NCBI RefSeq assembly: GCF_963921235.1 | Contig: NC_086097.1 | Coordinates: 206,276,001 to 206,340,000, forward strand | Origin: Mobula hypostoma | Taxonomy: Eukaryota | Length of the DNA stretch: 64,000 nt | Direction of reading: 5' to 3' | Part shown: positions 12,493 through 24,834 of the stretch, in pieces | How positions within the stretch are numbered: position 1 is the first letter of the stretch | Layout of the letters: every line of letters starts with the position of its first letter | Made by a program: the position numbers and the translations under genes | The notes under the pieces: model-generated | What the model saw: the letters and a program-made list of their open reading frames with translations, nothing else | What the model was told of the DNA's origin: nothing | The model's database searches: none

Positions 12493-14255
12493 TAAGACCA
12501 TAATACCTGAAGACATAGGAGCAGAACTTGGTCATTCAGCCCATTGAGTCTGTCCTGGCATACCATCATGGCTGACCCGGATCTCACTCAACCCCATACA
12601 CCGGCCTTCTCGCCATATCCTTTGATGCCCTGATCGATCAGGAAACGATCAACTTCCTCTTTAAATGTAACCATGGATTTGGCAACCACTGCAGTCTGTA
12701 GCAGAGCATTCCACAGATTCACCACTCCCTGGCTAAAAAAAAAATTCCTCCTTACCTCTCTTCTAAAAGGTTGCCCCTCAAATTTGAGTCTGTACCCTCT
12801 AGTTCTTGGATGCCCCCATCACAGAAGCATCCTTCCCACATCCACCTTATCTAGTCCTTTCAACATTCAGTAGGTTTCAATGAAATCCCCATGTATTCCT
12901 CTGAATTCCAATGGGTATAGGTCCAAAGCTGCCAAACACTCCTCAGATGTTAACCCCTTCAATCCTGGAATCATCCTCCTGAACCTTCTCTGGACTCTCT
13001 CCAAAGGCAACACATCCATTCTGAGACATGGGCCCCAAACCTGTTGACAATGTCCTATAAAGAAAGCCTCAGCATTATCTCCTTGTTTTTGTATTATATT
13101 CCCCTTGAAGTGAATGCCAACATTCTATTTGTTTTCTTTACCACAGACTAAACCTGTAAATTAACCTTCTAGGAGTCTTGTACTAGGACTGCTAAGTCCC
13201 TCTGCACCTCTGATGTTTCAACCTTCTCCACATTTAGATAATAGCCGCACTATTGTTCTTTTTACCAAAATGTATTATCATACATTTCCCAACACTGCAT
13301 TCCAATTGCCAGTTTTTTGCCCATTCTTCCAATTTGTCTAAGTCCTGCTGCAATGGCATTGCTTCCTCAGCACTACCTACCCCTCCACCTATCCTTGTAC
13401 CGAGTGCAGACTTTGCACAAAGCTATCAATTCCATTATCCAAATCATTGACAAACAATTTGAAAATTAGTGGTCCCTATACTGACCACTGAGGAAAACTT
13501 CTAGTCACTGGCATCCAACCAGAAGAGGCCCTCTTTATTCCCACTCGCTGATTCCTGCCTGTCAGCTCCTGCCAGTACCTTTCCTGTAACACCATAGGAT
13601 TTTAACTTGTTAAGCAGCCTCATGGGTGGCATGTTATCAAATGCCTTCTGAAAATCCAAGTAAATGACATCCACCGCCTCTCCTTTGTCCACCCTGCTTG
13701 TTACTTCCTTGAAGAACTGTAACAGATTTTTCAGGCAAGCTTTCTCTTTACAGAAACCATGCTGACTTTGACTTATTGTATCATTAGTTTCCAAGTACCC
13801 CTGAAATAATAGACTCCAACTCTTTCCCAACCCCACAGGTTAGGCTAACTGGCCTATAATTTCCTTTCTTTTGACTTCCTCCTTTCTTCAAGAGTGGAGT
13901 GAGATTTGCAATCCTCTAGGCCATGTCAGAATCAAGTGATTCTTGAAAGATCATGACCAGTGCATCCTTTATCTCTTCAGCAATCTCTCTCATGACTCTG
14001 GGATTGCACAACCCTTTCAGTTTGCCTAGCACTTTTTCCTTTGTAATAACAATGGAACTCACTCCTGCTCCCTGACACTCATGGACCTCTGGCACATTGC
14101 TAATGTCTTCCACAGTGAAGACTAATACAAGTACCCACTGACTTCATCTGCCATTTCTTTGTCCTGCACTACTACCAGCATCATTTTCCAGTGGTCCAAC
14201 ATCGTCTCTCACCTCCCTTTTACTCTTTATATAATGGAAAAAAACTGAAAAAAAG
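12493..14255 (-). mobile_element. CR1 LINE, 5'-truncated
   Basis: 3' tail at 12493; QHGFCK, VDVIYLDFQKAFD; same subfamily as 3013-4025. Confidence 0.95.
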
Positions 14256-14264
14256 ACAGGAAAT

Positions 14265-15165
14265 TCTGTGGTTATGGACAAGACTCAGGATATGTTGTGT
14301 TACTGGTGCCAAAGTCAGGTGGTCGTAGAAACTTGTCAAGGAGATGGGCAAGGAGCCAGGAGTCACTGACTCTAATGATATAACTCTAAATAGCTCTAAT
14401 GATATAGCTAGAAAAAAGGATGAGTTCCCACACAGTGAACTTCCAGGGTTGACCAAGTATATAGTAGAATATTGTGGGAAGCCAGAGATGGAAAAAACAG
14501 GAGTCCTGACAGAGAATTGTGGACAGGATATTGATTAACTGGAATAGTTGATCTGAAGAATGGCAGATGAAGTTTAACTTTAAGTGCAAAATAAAGCATT
14601 TTTGGAAGTTATACCAGAGCAGGACATATTACAGTGATTGGCAGGGAATGTTGTTCAACAGAAAGAGCCCTGGATACACATACACAGATCCATGAAAGTG
14701 GCTGCTCAGTTAGACAGGATGCTGAATACAGCATATAGCACACTTGCCTTTATCAGGCAAGATGGTGTGCATAAGAGTTGGGATCTCATGTTACTGCTGT
14801 ACAAAGCATTGATTGGACTGCGGTAGGAGAATTGTGTGCAGTTTTGGATGCCGTGTTATAAGAAGAACGTGATTCAGCTGAAGATTGCGCAAAAAGATTC
14901 ATAGGATTGTTGCCAGGCCTAGAAGGATTGAATTATAAGGGTAATTAGATAGGCTGGGATTGTTTTCTCTGGAGTAAAGGAAGTTGAGAAGTGACATTGT
15001 AAAATTATGAGGAGTACAATTAAAACATTGAAACAATATTTGGATAGAAAATGTTTAGAGTGATATGGGCCAAACATAGGCAAAAGGGATTAGCTCATAA
15101 GGGCATCTTGCAGCATGGATGAGTTGAGCTTAAGGCCAGTTTCTCTGCAACATAATTCTATACAT
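14265..15165 (+). mobile_element. Heavily decayed, internally deleted CR1
   Basis: ORF1-like CCVTGAKVR at ~14290, then WQMKFN, AYSTLAFI, LLYKALIG, CVQFW. Confidence 0.75.
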
Positions 15166-16350
15166 CTATGTCTAAACCACACTATGTCACCCTCAAGCAT
15201 CTGACATGCATTTAGGTTGCTGCATTTGCCAAAGGAACTTTCCTCAACAGTGACAACACAGCAAGATTCACACATAAACTAGGTGCTAGGTAATAAAACA
15301 CAATTGGCTTTTATATATTTCTCTTTCTTTTTCAGTGCTCAGAAATCACATTTTGAGCTGCATTGACCTACAACATACAATAAAGCTTTCCCAGTGACTG
15401 CAAATATGATCCAAGATTCCTCAGGATGGTAATCCCAATGCTCAGGAAAAGACATCCTCACCACAGAAAGAACAATAGGTGCAGGTAATTGCATGCTATG
15501 CAGTTTCAAATCTACTGCTGACCAGGAGTTTGAAGGAGCCATCTGTTGTCATTATTCACACTGATTGTGCAGAGCAACATTTGTTGAGCTGCCAATGAGG
15601 TAATTTGGGACAATAAGGAAAGTTCACAGCCACGCTGATCTTTGGCAGCAAATGTAATGAGACACACCAGGTGAAGTCCTCACAGAGAGTAAACTCCTGG
15701 CAATGTGTCTTAGAGATAAGCAGTTTATACAGGAAAAAGAGAAAATCAACTGGAATACATTTGATATACTTATTTTATTTGAATAAGGAGCTGGTAAAAT
15801 TAACTGCTCATAGATTTGCCTTAGCTTGAGATTTAAGTAGTCCCAGGTGCAGAACAACTTCCCTTTTGTGTCATATTTGACACGGCAACTGACTTTCTCT
15901 ACTTTTTGCTTGTGTCAAGAATGTAAATGTATTCTTTTAAATGCAATGAAGTTTCACTGCCAAAAGTGAAGCAAGCTAACAAAGCAAATTCACTTTTTAT
16001 CTCCCTCAGCAAATTTCCACAGATTTACATATTCTTCAAAAAGTTACTAATGCAAATTTTCCCCGAAGGACCTTTCACCTAGCATTTGGAAAATATCACA
16101 TGATAAGCCTATACCAATCACCCAGGGGGATTGCTAGTTGAGACAATAAGGATAATTTGTCTTAAGTGGAAATCTAGTCAAATTATAAATTTATACGTTT
16201 GTTCTTAAACAGTATGCTAAATGTCAATGTGAGACTTTCAGCTGTTGACCAGTATGGAATTATTTTTACCTCAGCTTTAATGAAACTATCTACTCAATAT
16301 ATTTGCATTTGAAATATTGCAGAATGTTGGTAACTTGGGTTGGTTATTAG

Positions 16351-16795
16351 GAAATTTGGCTGATCATTGAGCTTGGCAAAATGTTTGCAGACATTTTGGC
16401 TCCAATGGAGAAACCATCATCAGTGAGCAGTTGAGGGTGTTGTCTCTTCAGACTGCCTACTTATATACTCCTCCAGGGTCCGAATGGATATTGATTAGAT
16501 GTCATGATCTGGGTGGCTGGTTCAAAACACTGTGAACAGTTTAGCAGTAGAAAATTCTGATTGACTAGCTTGGAGGGAGGTCATTTGAAGTTGTTGCTTT
16601 CTTGTCTAGATCCTGAGATTACTGGTGATATGTTGATTGTTGACATCTAATCAATATCTACTTGGACCCTGGAGGAGAATATAAACCAGCATTCTGAGGA
16701 GACAACACCCTCAGTTGCACAGCGATGATGGCTTCTCGATTGGAGCCAAAACGTCTGCAAATATTTTGCCAAGCTTGGTGATCAGCCAAACTTTC
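16351..16795. repeat. ~155-bp inverted repeat with hammerhead-like core in each arm (old PLE-type fold-back)
   Basis: 16351-16504 is the imperfect reverse complement of 16641-16795; arms contain CTGATGA/CGATGA-TGG(C/T)TTCTC..GGAGCC-AAAA(C/T)GTC. Confidence 0.85.
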
Positions 16796-17564
16796 ACATT
16801 TGCATTTAGGAATTGAGCTCTATGTCTTTAACAAGTATTAGAAACAATAAGGTAAACATTAACTAAATTAACATGGATTATGAAGTTTTCTTTAAGTTGA
16901 TAAGTTATTACTTGTGTTCTGCTGTCACCCAGAGTTTCTTTCGCAGTGCACCTTAACAACGGAGGTGTACATATCCCCAACAACTGCCAGTCTACATTGC
17001 ACCATAAAAATTCGCCATCTACACCTGAAAATTGTGTCGGTCTCTTTAAACGTCAAAGGGCCACTAATACCTAAATATATGAATTGGTTTCTATACGGAT
17101 TGGGAAACCGATTGCTATTTTCATTTACACATGTGGGGTGGTTATACCACAAATGCAAGGCTTTGATGGATCAGGGAAAGTGGCCTAACTAGGAGTGTGT
17201 CAGTGCTGGTTTACAAGGAAATATAATTAGTTTTTGCATTTCTACTCCTCCTGAAAGAACAGAAACCTACCAGCCTGCTTTAGTCATACTGGCTTCAACA
17301 AGGATTGGCTCCCCTACACCTTGAGTTACTGACTAACTTTATGTCAAAACAAAAGGGTACATGAAACTTTGGTTTGGCATCCACAGCTCATCGACATGAA
17401 CACAAATAAAAATAGTTCTGCCCTTTCTTTTGCATTTCCAAATGGGTTTCATAGATGCTTTGCTCACCTCCTCTTTAGATACATGTTGAAATTATTGAGT
17501 AAAGCCATAGGAGAGTGACTATAAAGGGTCAGCTGAAAGTTGTTTCTACCAATCTGGATAATTT

Positions 17565-18105
17565 CTGAAGCAACACACAGAAAATACTGGAGTAATTCAG
17601 CAGATCAGACAGCATCTATGGAAATGAGTAAACAGTTGATGTTTCATCTGAGGCCCTTCTTCAGGATTGGAACGGAAGGGGGAAGACACCAGAATAAAAA
17701 GATGGGCAATACGGGAAAGAGGATAACTAGAAGGTGATAGGTGAATCCAGGTGGGTCGGAAAGGTAAAGGGCTGGAGAGGAAGGAATCTGATAGGAGTGC
17801 AGAGTTGACCATAGGAGAAAGAGAAGAAGGAGGGACACCAGAGGAAATGATAGGCAGTTGAGAGAAGAGGTAAGAGGACAGAGTGGGGAAAAGAAGAAGA
17901 GAGATGGAGGGAGGAAATTTTTCTTACCAGAAGGAGAAATTGATATTGATGCCATCAGGTCGGAGGCTAACCAGATGGAATATGAGATTTTGCTCCTCCA
18001 CCCTGAGAGTGGCCTCATTGTGACAAAAAAGGAGTCCATGGACCCATATGTTGGAATGGGATTGGGAATAAGAATGAAAATGGTTGGCCACTGATAAATT
18101 CCACT
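17565..18105 (-). mobile_element. Penelope-like 3' fragment (end of GIY-YIG ORF plus pseudo-LTR)
   Basis: TLRVEEQNLIFHLVSLRPDG matches the RLEEQHLIFRLGSLQPDG terminus at 60130; degenerate hammerhead at ~17633-17668. Confidence 0.85.
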
Positions 18106-18269
18106 TTTGGCAGAAGGATTGAAAATTCTACGGATGTGACAGATGCACAATGATATGTATCAGTATTTTCACATTGATTCAGAAAACCTTTTGCTCTGAA
18201 ATTCGGTTTTGCCGTGGTATATTCAGCATTATGCAACTGAAGTACAATACTCTTCAAGAGTAAAACACA

Positions 18270-18845
18270 ATAGTTCAAAGTTCTAAGTTCAAACTTCAAA
18301 GTACCTTTATTATTGAAGTACTGTATGTATATTATGTACAACCCTGAAATTTGTCTCCTTACAGTCATAAAACAAATAAAACTCAATAGAACCCATTAAA
18401 ATAAAAACCGTCAAATAGGTAATGTGCAAAAAAAGGAAGAGTCATGCAAACAATGAAGAGTAAGCAAATAACATTCAGAACTAAAGTTCAAGAAAGTTAG
18501 TTCATGACCACAAAGCCAGATATCAATGCAGTTGGTCCTGGAACTCATTAGTTACAGGCCACAGTCTCACTTCAGTGCAGCGATGAGTAAAACTCACTGA
18601 GCAGCAAGCTGAACACCACCTGTACTTTTCAATCTAGCCCAGCCTTAAATCAGCTAAATAACGGTTTGTTCCTTGTTCTCAGGCCTGGGTCCTGCCACTT
18701 TGATACACTCTCAGGCCTGGGTTCTGCCGTGCTGATTCGGCCTGTACCCAACCTTTCTAATGTGACCTGGCATTTAAATCGGTAAAACATCAGCTCAATC
18801 CTTGTTCCCAGTCCCAGGCCCTACTACCTCAATTCAGCTTCCTCA
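18270..18845 (-). mobile_element. Non-autonomous retroelement, same family as 6060-6855
   Basis: Rex-like tail (minus: AATTTCAGGGTTGTACA...AATAATAAAGGTACTTTGAAGTTTGAAC) plus two copies of the internal unit. Confidence 0.55.
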
Positions 18846-19094
18846 CGCCACACTACAGCCGTCCTGCAATAGCAGCCAATTACAGTATACATTTCATCAC
18901 ACAGAAAATAAAGGTTAAGAATTATTCTGGTTATAAAAGCACTTCCTTAAAATTGTGATGGAAGGAATATACATCCCAGATCTATTATCATGACAGTTTT
19001 ATGCAGTGTAACATATGATCATATTGTGAGAGATGCCACATTTTAGATATGACTTCTTATTGTGCTATTGTATATATCACTGGAAAGTAGCATT

Positions 19095-20515
19095 ACATAG
19101 AACATAGAAATTTACAGCACGTTACAGGCTCTTTGGCCCACAATGTCGTGCCGACCATGTAACCTACTCTAGAAACTGTCTAGAATTATCCTGCCACATA
19201 GCCCTCCAGTTTTCTAAGCTCCATGTACCTATCCAAGAAGCTCTTAAGAGACCCCACTGTATCCGCTTCCACCACCACCACCGGAAGTGCATTTCATGCT
19301 CCCACAACTCGCTGCATAAAAAACTTACCTCTGACATCTCTTCTGTACCTGATTCCAAGCACCTTAAAACTGTGCCCCTCATGTTAGCCATTTCAGCCTT
19401 GGGAAAAAGTCTCTGGCTGTCCCCATGATCAATGCCTCTCATCACCTTATACACCTCTATCAGGTCACCTCTCATCCTCCGCCGCTCCAAGGAGAAAAGG
19501 CCAAGTTCACTCAATCTATTCTCAGAAGGCACGCGCTCCAATCCAGGCAACATTCTTGTAAATCGGCAACTCCTTTGCTTGCATCTTTGGAAACAGCTCT
19601 ATTTCTACCTTTAATATCTTTATTTTTCCCATTCAGGGTTCTTTTAAAGACCCTGACCTGGAGTTACACGCAGGCTTCGGTTCCTTGCGGGAAGGGGACC
19701 CATTCTCGGGGTTCCATGACTGGCCATTATTCGACATGCCTGTGAATCTCATTCGTGTTCCGAAGCCTAAGATCTTGGGGCTCCGCAAACCGGCGGATTG
19801 AGGTTCAGTGTCACGGCAGGAGACTCGTGCGTCGTCGGGGAGGCTGGAAAATCTTTCGCTGTGGGCCCAAAGACGGTCTTCGCAATCTTCGGACACAGAG
19901 CTCGAAAAAGTGATGAAATGGACTTTTAACATCATAAGCCAGTGGATTGTTGTTATGTCTCCGACTCGCTGTGAAAATGAGGGACACCTCCCTCTCCCTT
20001 GCCAGAGAGAGAGAGAACCTGTGGTTTGTCGAATGTCGGATAAAATGTGAAGCCTTTGGGGTAACTTTGGTCTGTGTCTTTGCTATTGCTTAGCACACGC
20101 TTGGGCTCGGTGATGGTACTGATGCATTTTTTTTGCTGATGGGGGAGGGGGGATCATTGCTCACTGCCACTTTTTTTGCTGCAGGGGGGTACTTTGGGGT
20201 TCTCACGTTTAACTGTCATTCATTCTTTGGGGCACTCCTCTGTTTTTGTGGATGTTTGCAAAGAAAAAGCATTTCAGGATGTATATTGTATACATTTCTC
20301 TGACATTAATTTTGACCTTTTGAACCTTTGATCTCCTCTGCACTCTTTCTAGAGTGTCCACATCCTTCCTGCAGTGAGATGACCAGAACTGAACACAGTG
20401 CTCCAAGTGGGGTCTGACCAAGGTCTTATATAGCTCTAGCATTACCTCAGAGCTCTTGAACTCAATTCCATTGTTGATGAATGCCAGCACTCCACACGCC
20501 TTCTTAAAACCACTA
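19095..20515 (-). mobile_element. CR1 LINE 3' fragment split by an insertion
   Basis: LFSLERRRMRGDLIEVYK and LYKTLVRPHLEHCVQFW; tail (CATAGAA)n; CR1 resumes at ~20333. Confidence 0.95.
19565..20332 (+). mobile_element. Non-autonomous non-LTR element with (CCTTTGA)-type tail
   Basis: Inserted in CR1; homologous to 55735-56503 (GACC.TGACCTGGAGTTACAC..., GTTATGTCTCC, CATTCTTTGG..CACTCCTCTG, TGTATACATTTCTCTGAC); no ORF. Confidence 0.75.
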
Positions 20516-21332
20516 TGTCAGGTTTTTCTCCTATCAGCAGAATAAAAGCAGATTAAGTTAAAACTTAACTCATTTGCAACAGCAGGAACTCCCTATGACC
20601 AATTTGACTGCTGCATTTATCTTCATAATAACATTTCCAAAGGAAGGGGGATCTTAGTATTAAGGCACATTGAAGGACATCAAACATGTTTTATAAATTT
20701 ACTTTAATTCTTTCTCTATCTGCCTAAAAATTATGCAATCCAGCAGACCAATTGGAGGTAAGGGCTTTTGGGCCGATAATCTGTACAAGTCAAGTCAGAG
20801 TTGTCTTGTCAATTTATATCAATGAACTGGAACATAGCTAATTTGAAATCTCATAAATAGAAAATATTTTTTCCCATGCCAATATAATGAGCTGCACCAC
20901 ACAGATACTGATGTGTGGATAAACAATTATTCAAAGATTATTTGTATACATTCAAAGCAAAATAGTCAAAATATATTAATGTATTTTGAGAACCTCATGG
21001 GTTCAGAAAATACAGAGAGGGTATACAGAATATTGTTCTGCATTCAGATGTGTTCACAATAGATCACATAACTGTACCATCTGCTATTTTCCCTTCCTAC
21101 TGTATCAGAACTCTTTGTATCTTTGACTAAAACCTGTAACTCTATTACATTTAATTTGGTTAATGGTCTGATGCTTGGTAACCCACTTATTAAAGTAAAT
21201 GGATTAGAAGCCTTTAAGGAAAAGAGAAGAAGAATTACTCTGAACTAAAAAAAATCCTTAAAATGGTACACAAATAACTTGTCACCCAGATCAGTTATCA
21301 GAACCTTTAGAAAAGGATGTATTTATTTTCAT

Positions 21333-21465
21333 TGGCCCTGATGAAGGGTCTTGGCCCGAAATATTGATTGCACTCTTTACCATAAATGCTGCCTGGCCTG
21401 CTGAGTTCCTGCAGCATCTTGTGTACATTGCTTGCATTTCCAGCATCTGCAGATTTTCTCTTGTT
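21333..21465 (+). mobile_element. PLE pseudo-LTR fragment starting at the hammerhead
   Basis: CCTGATGAAGGGTCTTGGCCCGAAATATTGA...GCTGCCTGGCCTGCTGAGTTCC...CCAGCATCTGCAG. Confidence 0.85.
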
Positions 21466-21644
21466 CATTATAATTGGATCACCTCACTAAGAGGGAACAG
21501 GTGGGTCTTAGTTAATGCTATCATCACCAATAGTGAAATGTTCACTCAGGTGAGTCTCAAGTCTAGATTATTCATGGATTGGACCGTGAAGCCACAGTTT
21601 TCTGACCTTGGCAAAAATTATAATTTGCAGTTCGCGTAATGATT

Positions 21645-21930
21645 CAGCTTGAAGGAGCATGAAGAAGGCAGGCAGCAGGTCCACTTTGTTAGGAGTTTGA
21701 GGAGCTGTGAGGCTCCACCGTGCAAGATTGCATTGTTGTAGGCTCATACAGTTCCATCGGGGCACAACCATTTCCTCCACCGAGGACATATTCAAGAGGT
21801 GGTGCCTGAAGAAGGCAGCATCCATCGTTAAGAACCCTCACCATCCAGGACATGCTATCTTTGCATTATTCCTATTTATTTATTTTTGTTACATAAGAAT
21901 CTTCTGTCTTTGCTGCTGTAAAACAACACA
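21645..21930 (+). mobile_element. Rex-Babar LINE 3' fragment, deleted
   Basis: EDIFKRWCLKKAASIVKNPHHPGHAIF. Confidence 0.8.
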
Positions 21931-23337
21931 TGAAATAGCTGCTTCATGTTTAGTCAAAACTTCTATCTTCTTACATTTCATAATCCACAAGCAAAATGTT
22001 TAATTGATGAAAACCAGAAAAAGTGAGAAAGGTTGTCTTACTTAACAGTGCAGAAAATGTAGCACACTAACTATAGATCTATGGGATTCTTCAACGAGAT
22101 GCATCTAAAGAATATCGGAAGAAATATCACGAGAATCTAGAGACTATTGTTTAGTTTCATTCATTTTGACTTCATTCTAATTTTGCTCAGTTTAATTAGA
22201 ACTTTCTTTCTGATTGCTGCTACTGCCACGGAAAACTTCAGATAATATTTAACATCTGTTTGCTATCATTAATGTCACTCTCAGTTTTATAGGCCAGACT
22301 CCTTTGTGGCTTGTACTGCAGACATCTTCAGCGTAGGTCAGCTGAATGTCTGTTGATATATTCATCACACTCCCTCTTGGCCAAGAACAACAATAAAAGA
22401 GAGCAACACAATTTTACTGAATCATAAGCCTTCCAGGAAACAATTGGTTTCATGGTTATGTTACTATTAAAAGTTACATTTACAAGGTTGTGTTTTATGG
22501 AGACAAAAATAAATACTCTTTATTCTGTGGTTATTTGTTATGTCAGTTCAAGCATTATTATTTCTTAAGAAACTTTCTTGATGATTCCATTTTAATGAAC
22601 TAACCTATGTCATTTTTTAACTCAAAAAGCAGGGAAAGACAAACAGTTAATAAAGCTCTGTTGGTAAACTAGTTCATAAATCTTTTTCATTGATTCCATA
22701 GTTGCATAAGTTTATAAAGCTGAAACTACATTAGCAAAGTAAAAAGTCGAAGACATGTCTTTTGTATGCTGTGTCCTGCTAATACCACTCATTGTCATCC
22801 TAATCTGTGCTTTTAATTTATACCAATAGACAAATAAAAACTCAGCACAATATTGAAATCAAACGCCATTCTTCAATATCATTGTTTGGAGATTGAATAG
22901 TAAATTGGCATCACTTTTTGGGCTTTGTTTCACTCATGTGACAGAAACACCGCCGCACCCACAGAGAGAACACACTGCTAACCTGCTGGCCATTTTTTTC
23001 TTCTTGACACTTCCTTGCTTTGTGAAGAACCTTAACCAGAATCAACATAGAGTCAGAGTTATACAGCACAGGAGCATGCTCTTTGGCCTGAGTCATCCAT
23101 GTCTTGCTGAGCCATTGTCCAAATCAAAAGCATTAGTTTTTGAATATAAAGTGTAATGGTGGTTAATGAGAATGACAAACTAGTGATTCTGTATTTCCTG
23201 TTTAAAACATAAGTAAACTTCAGCTGGGACTGCTGGCAACACTAGGCAGAACAGAGCAAGTTGATGTTAATATTTTATATTAATAGAGTTTATAACAAAT
23301 ATGTATAATAATATAATGATACGTAATTTCTAAATTA

Positions 23338-23427
23338 GCACATTACAGGCCCTTCGGCCCACAATGTTGTGCCGACCATGTAACCTACTCTAGAAACTGC
23401 CTAGAATTTCCCTAGCACATAGCCCTA
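23338..23427 (-). mobile_element. CR1 extreme 3' end
   Basis: Near-identical to 19115-19205. Confidence 0.8.
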
Positions 23428-23494
23428 GGGAAATGATATAATAGTAATTAAAGAACAATCATCTTCCATCACAAATAGGCCTATTGCAGGCTGG

Positions 23495-23582
23495 GAATCC
23501 TGGCCCGAAACATCGACTGTACCTCTTCCTATAGATGCTGCCTGGCCTGCTGCATTCACCAGCATTTTTTGTGTGTGTTACT
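23495..23582 (+). mobile_element. PLE pseudo-LTR fragment (3' half of hammerhead plus tail)
   Basis: GGCCCGAAACATCGACTGTACCTCTTCCTATAGATGCTGCCTGGCCTGCTG. Confidence 0.85.
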
Positions 23583-24834
23583 TTCTTATATCTGCTGAAT
23601 GAGTTGCTTTTGTTATAGTATCAGGAGTCCTAAGATCTTTGCCAGTCTCCTGGAATGCATGTAGTAGGGCCCCAATAAATGGACAGTAAGCTAGCTTGTC
23701 CTCCATAAACAACTGTCATGGGTAACTTGCTGCTATTACCACTGTTTGAAATCTAACTATATTTCCTGGTGACATATAATATTGCTTTTGCTGAAGTGTT
23801 CACTCTGCTCTTTAAGTGTTAAATCATTTTGACTACTTTCTGAAAGTTGGAAAATCACATATTGGACAGCAGCTTTCTTTTCAGTTTCCAAAAATATAAA
23901 GCAACCTCTGTTGCAGCTTTAATATCATACCAACAAAAATGCTAAATCTACAGCAATTGATGAAAGGATATAAAAGTAATGAAAAAAGAGTACAGTAATG
24001 AAAATGATAAGGATATGAGGAACAGAATAATGCGCTTCGATAACTTCAGAGAATCAATGAACTACTCTAATATCATGTATCTGCGCTATCACTGTATATG
24101 ATTACCAAACAGAAGATTTTCAGGATCTCTTCTTAAAGTTTTGACTGGTTTATTTATTATTTTCAAGAACAAGTTCTATATTTCCATAACTTTTTGCATG
24201 AAGAGTTTCTGACATCACAGCCAGAGCTTGGGAAATACAGGATTCGCTGAGACAGCGAGATATTGAGAATTCAGATACATGGGTTTACATTTATTGTATA
24301 CAAAACGTATCCTTCAATTAGTCTCAACGGTATACATGACAAAGAAAAACTGAATAGCGAGCTTGTTACCTGAACGCTGATCTTTGAAGCTGTGGCCTCG
24401 GCTTGCATGGAACAATGAAGGAGAAGGGTTGAGGATGTGAACAATTTTTGTATCAAACATAAATAAAAATGTTCTGTTCCTGACTGTTAATCTATTTCAA
24501 ATATATGAGCTGATTCAAAGATGTCCAGATTAATAAATGCTTCCTTTGCTTTTACTATTCAAATGCATCCTTCATATTCTTTCAATTAGATTAGCTTTTT
24601 TTTTCATTTCTGAATACTCTAGCCTACAACCCAGAGTCAAATAGTACTTGGAGATAACACTTTAGTAGCACTTCCTGACTGTAAGCTTGACAGTTCAGGC
24701 GACTGTTACATATTTCTATATTTACTATATGATCTATTCCTTTACTCCAGTTACCTGAGAGCAATGAATAAAGGTGAACATGTCACATACATTGGAAGCA
24801 ACTGAATTAAAGTGGTACTGCCCTCACCCAGATC

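Noticed and set aside
21337..21368. GAAATATT versus GAAACGTC as compensatory change in hammerhead stem III
   Set aside because: CpG deamination explains CG to TA without selection
22319..22352. Small hairpin CAGACATCTTCAGC / GCTGAATGTCTG
   Set aside because: Short and bulged; expected occasionally in 64 kb
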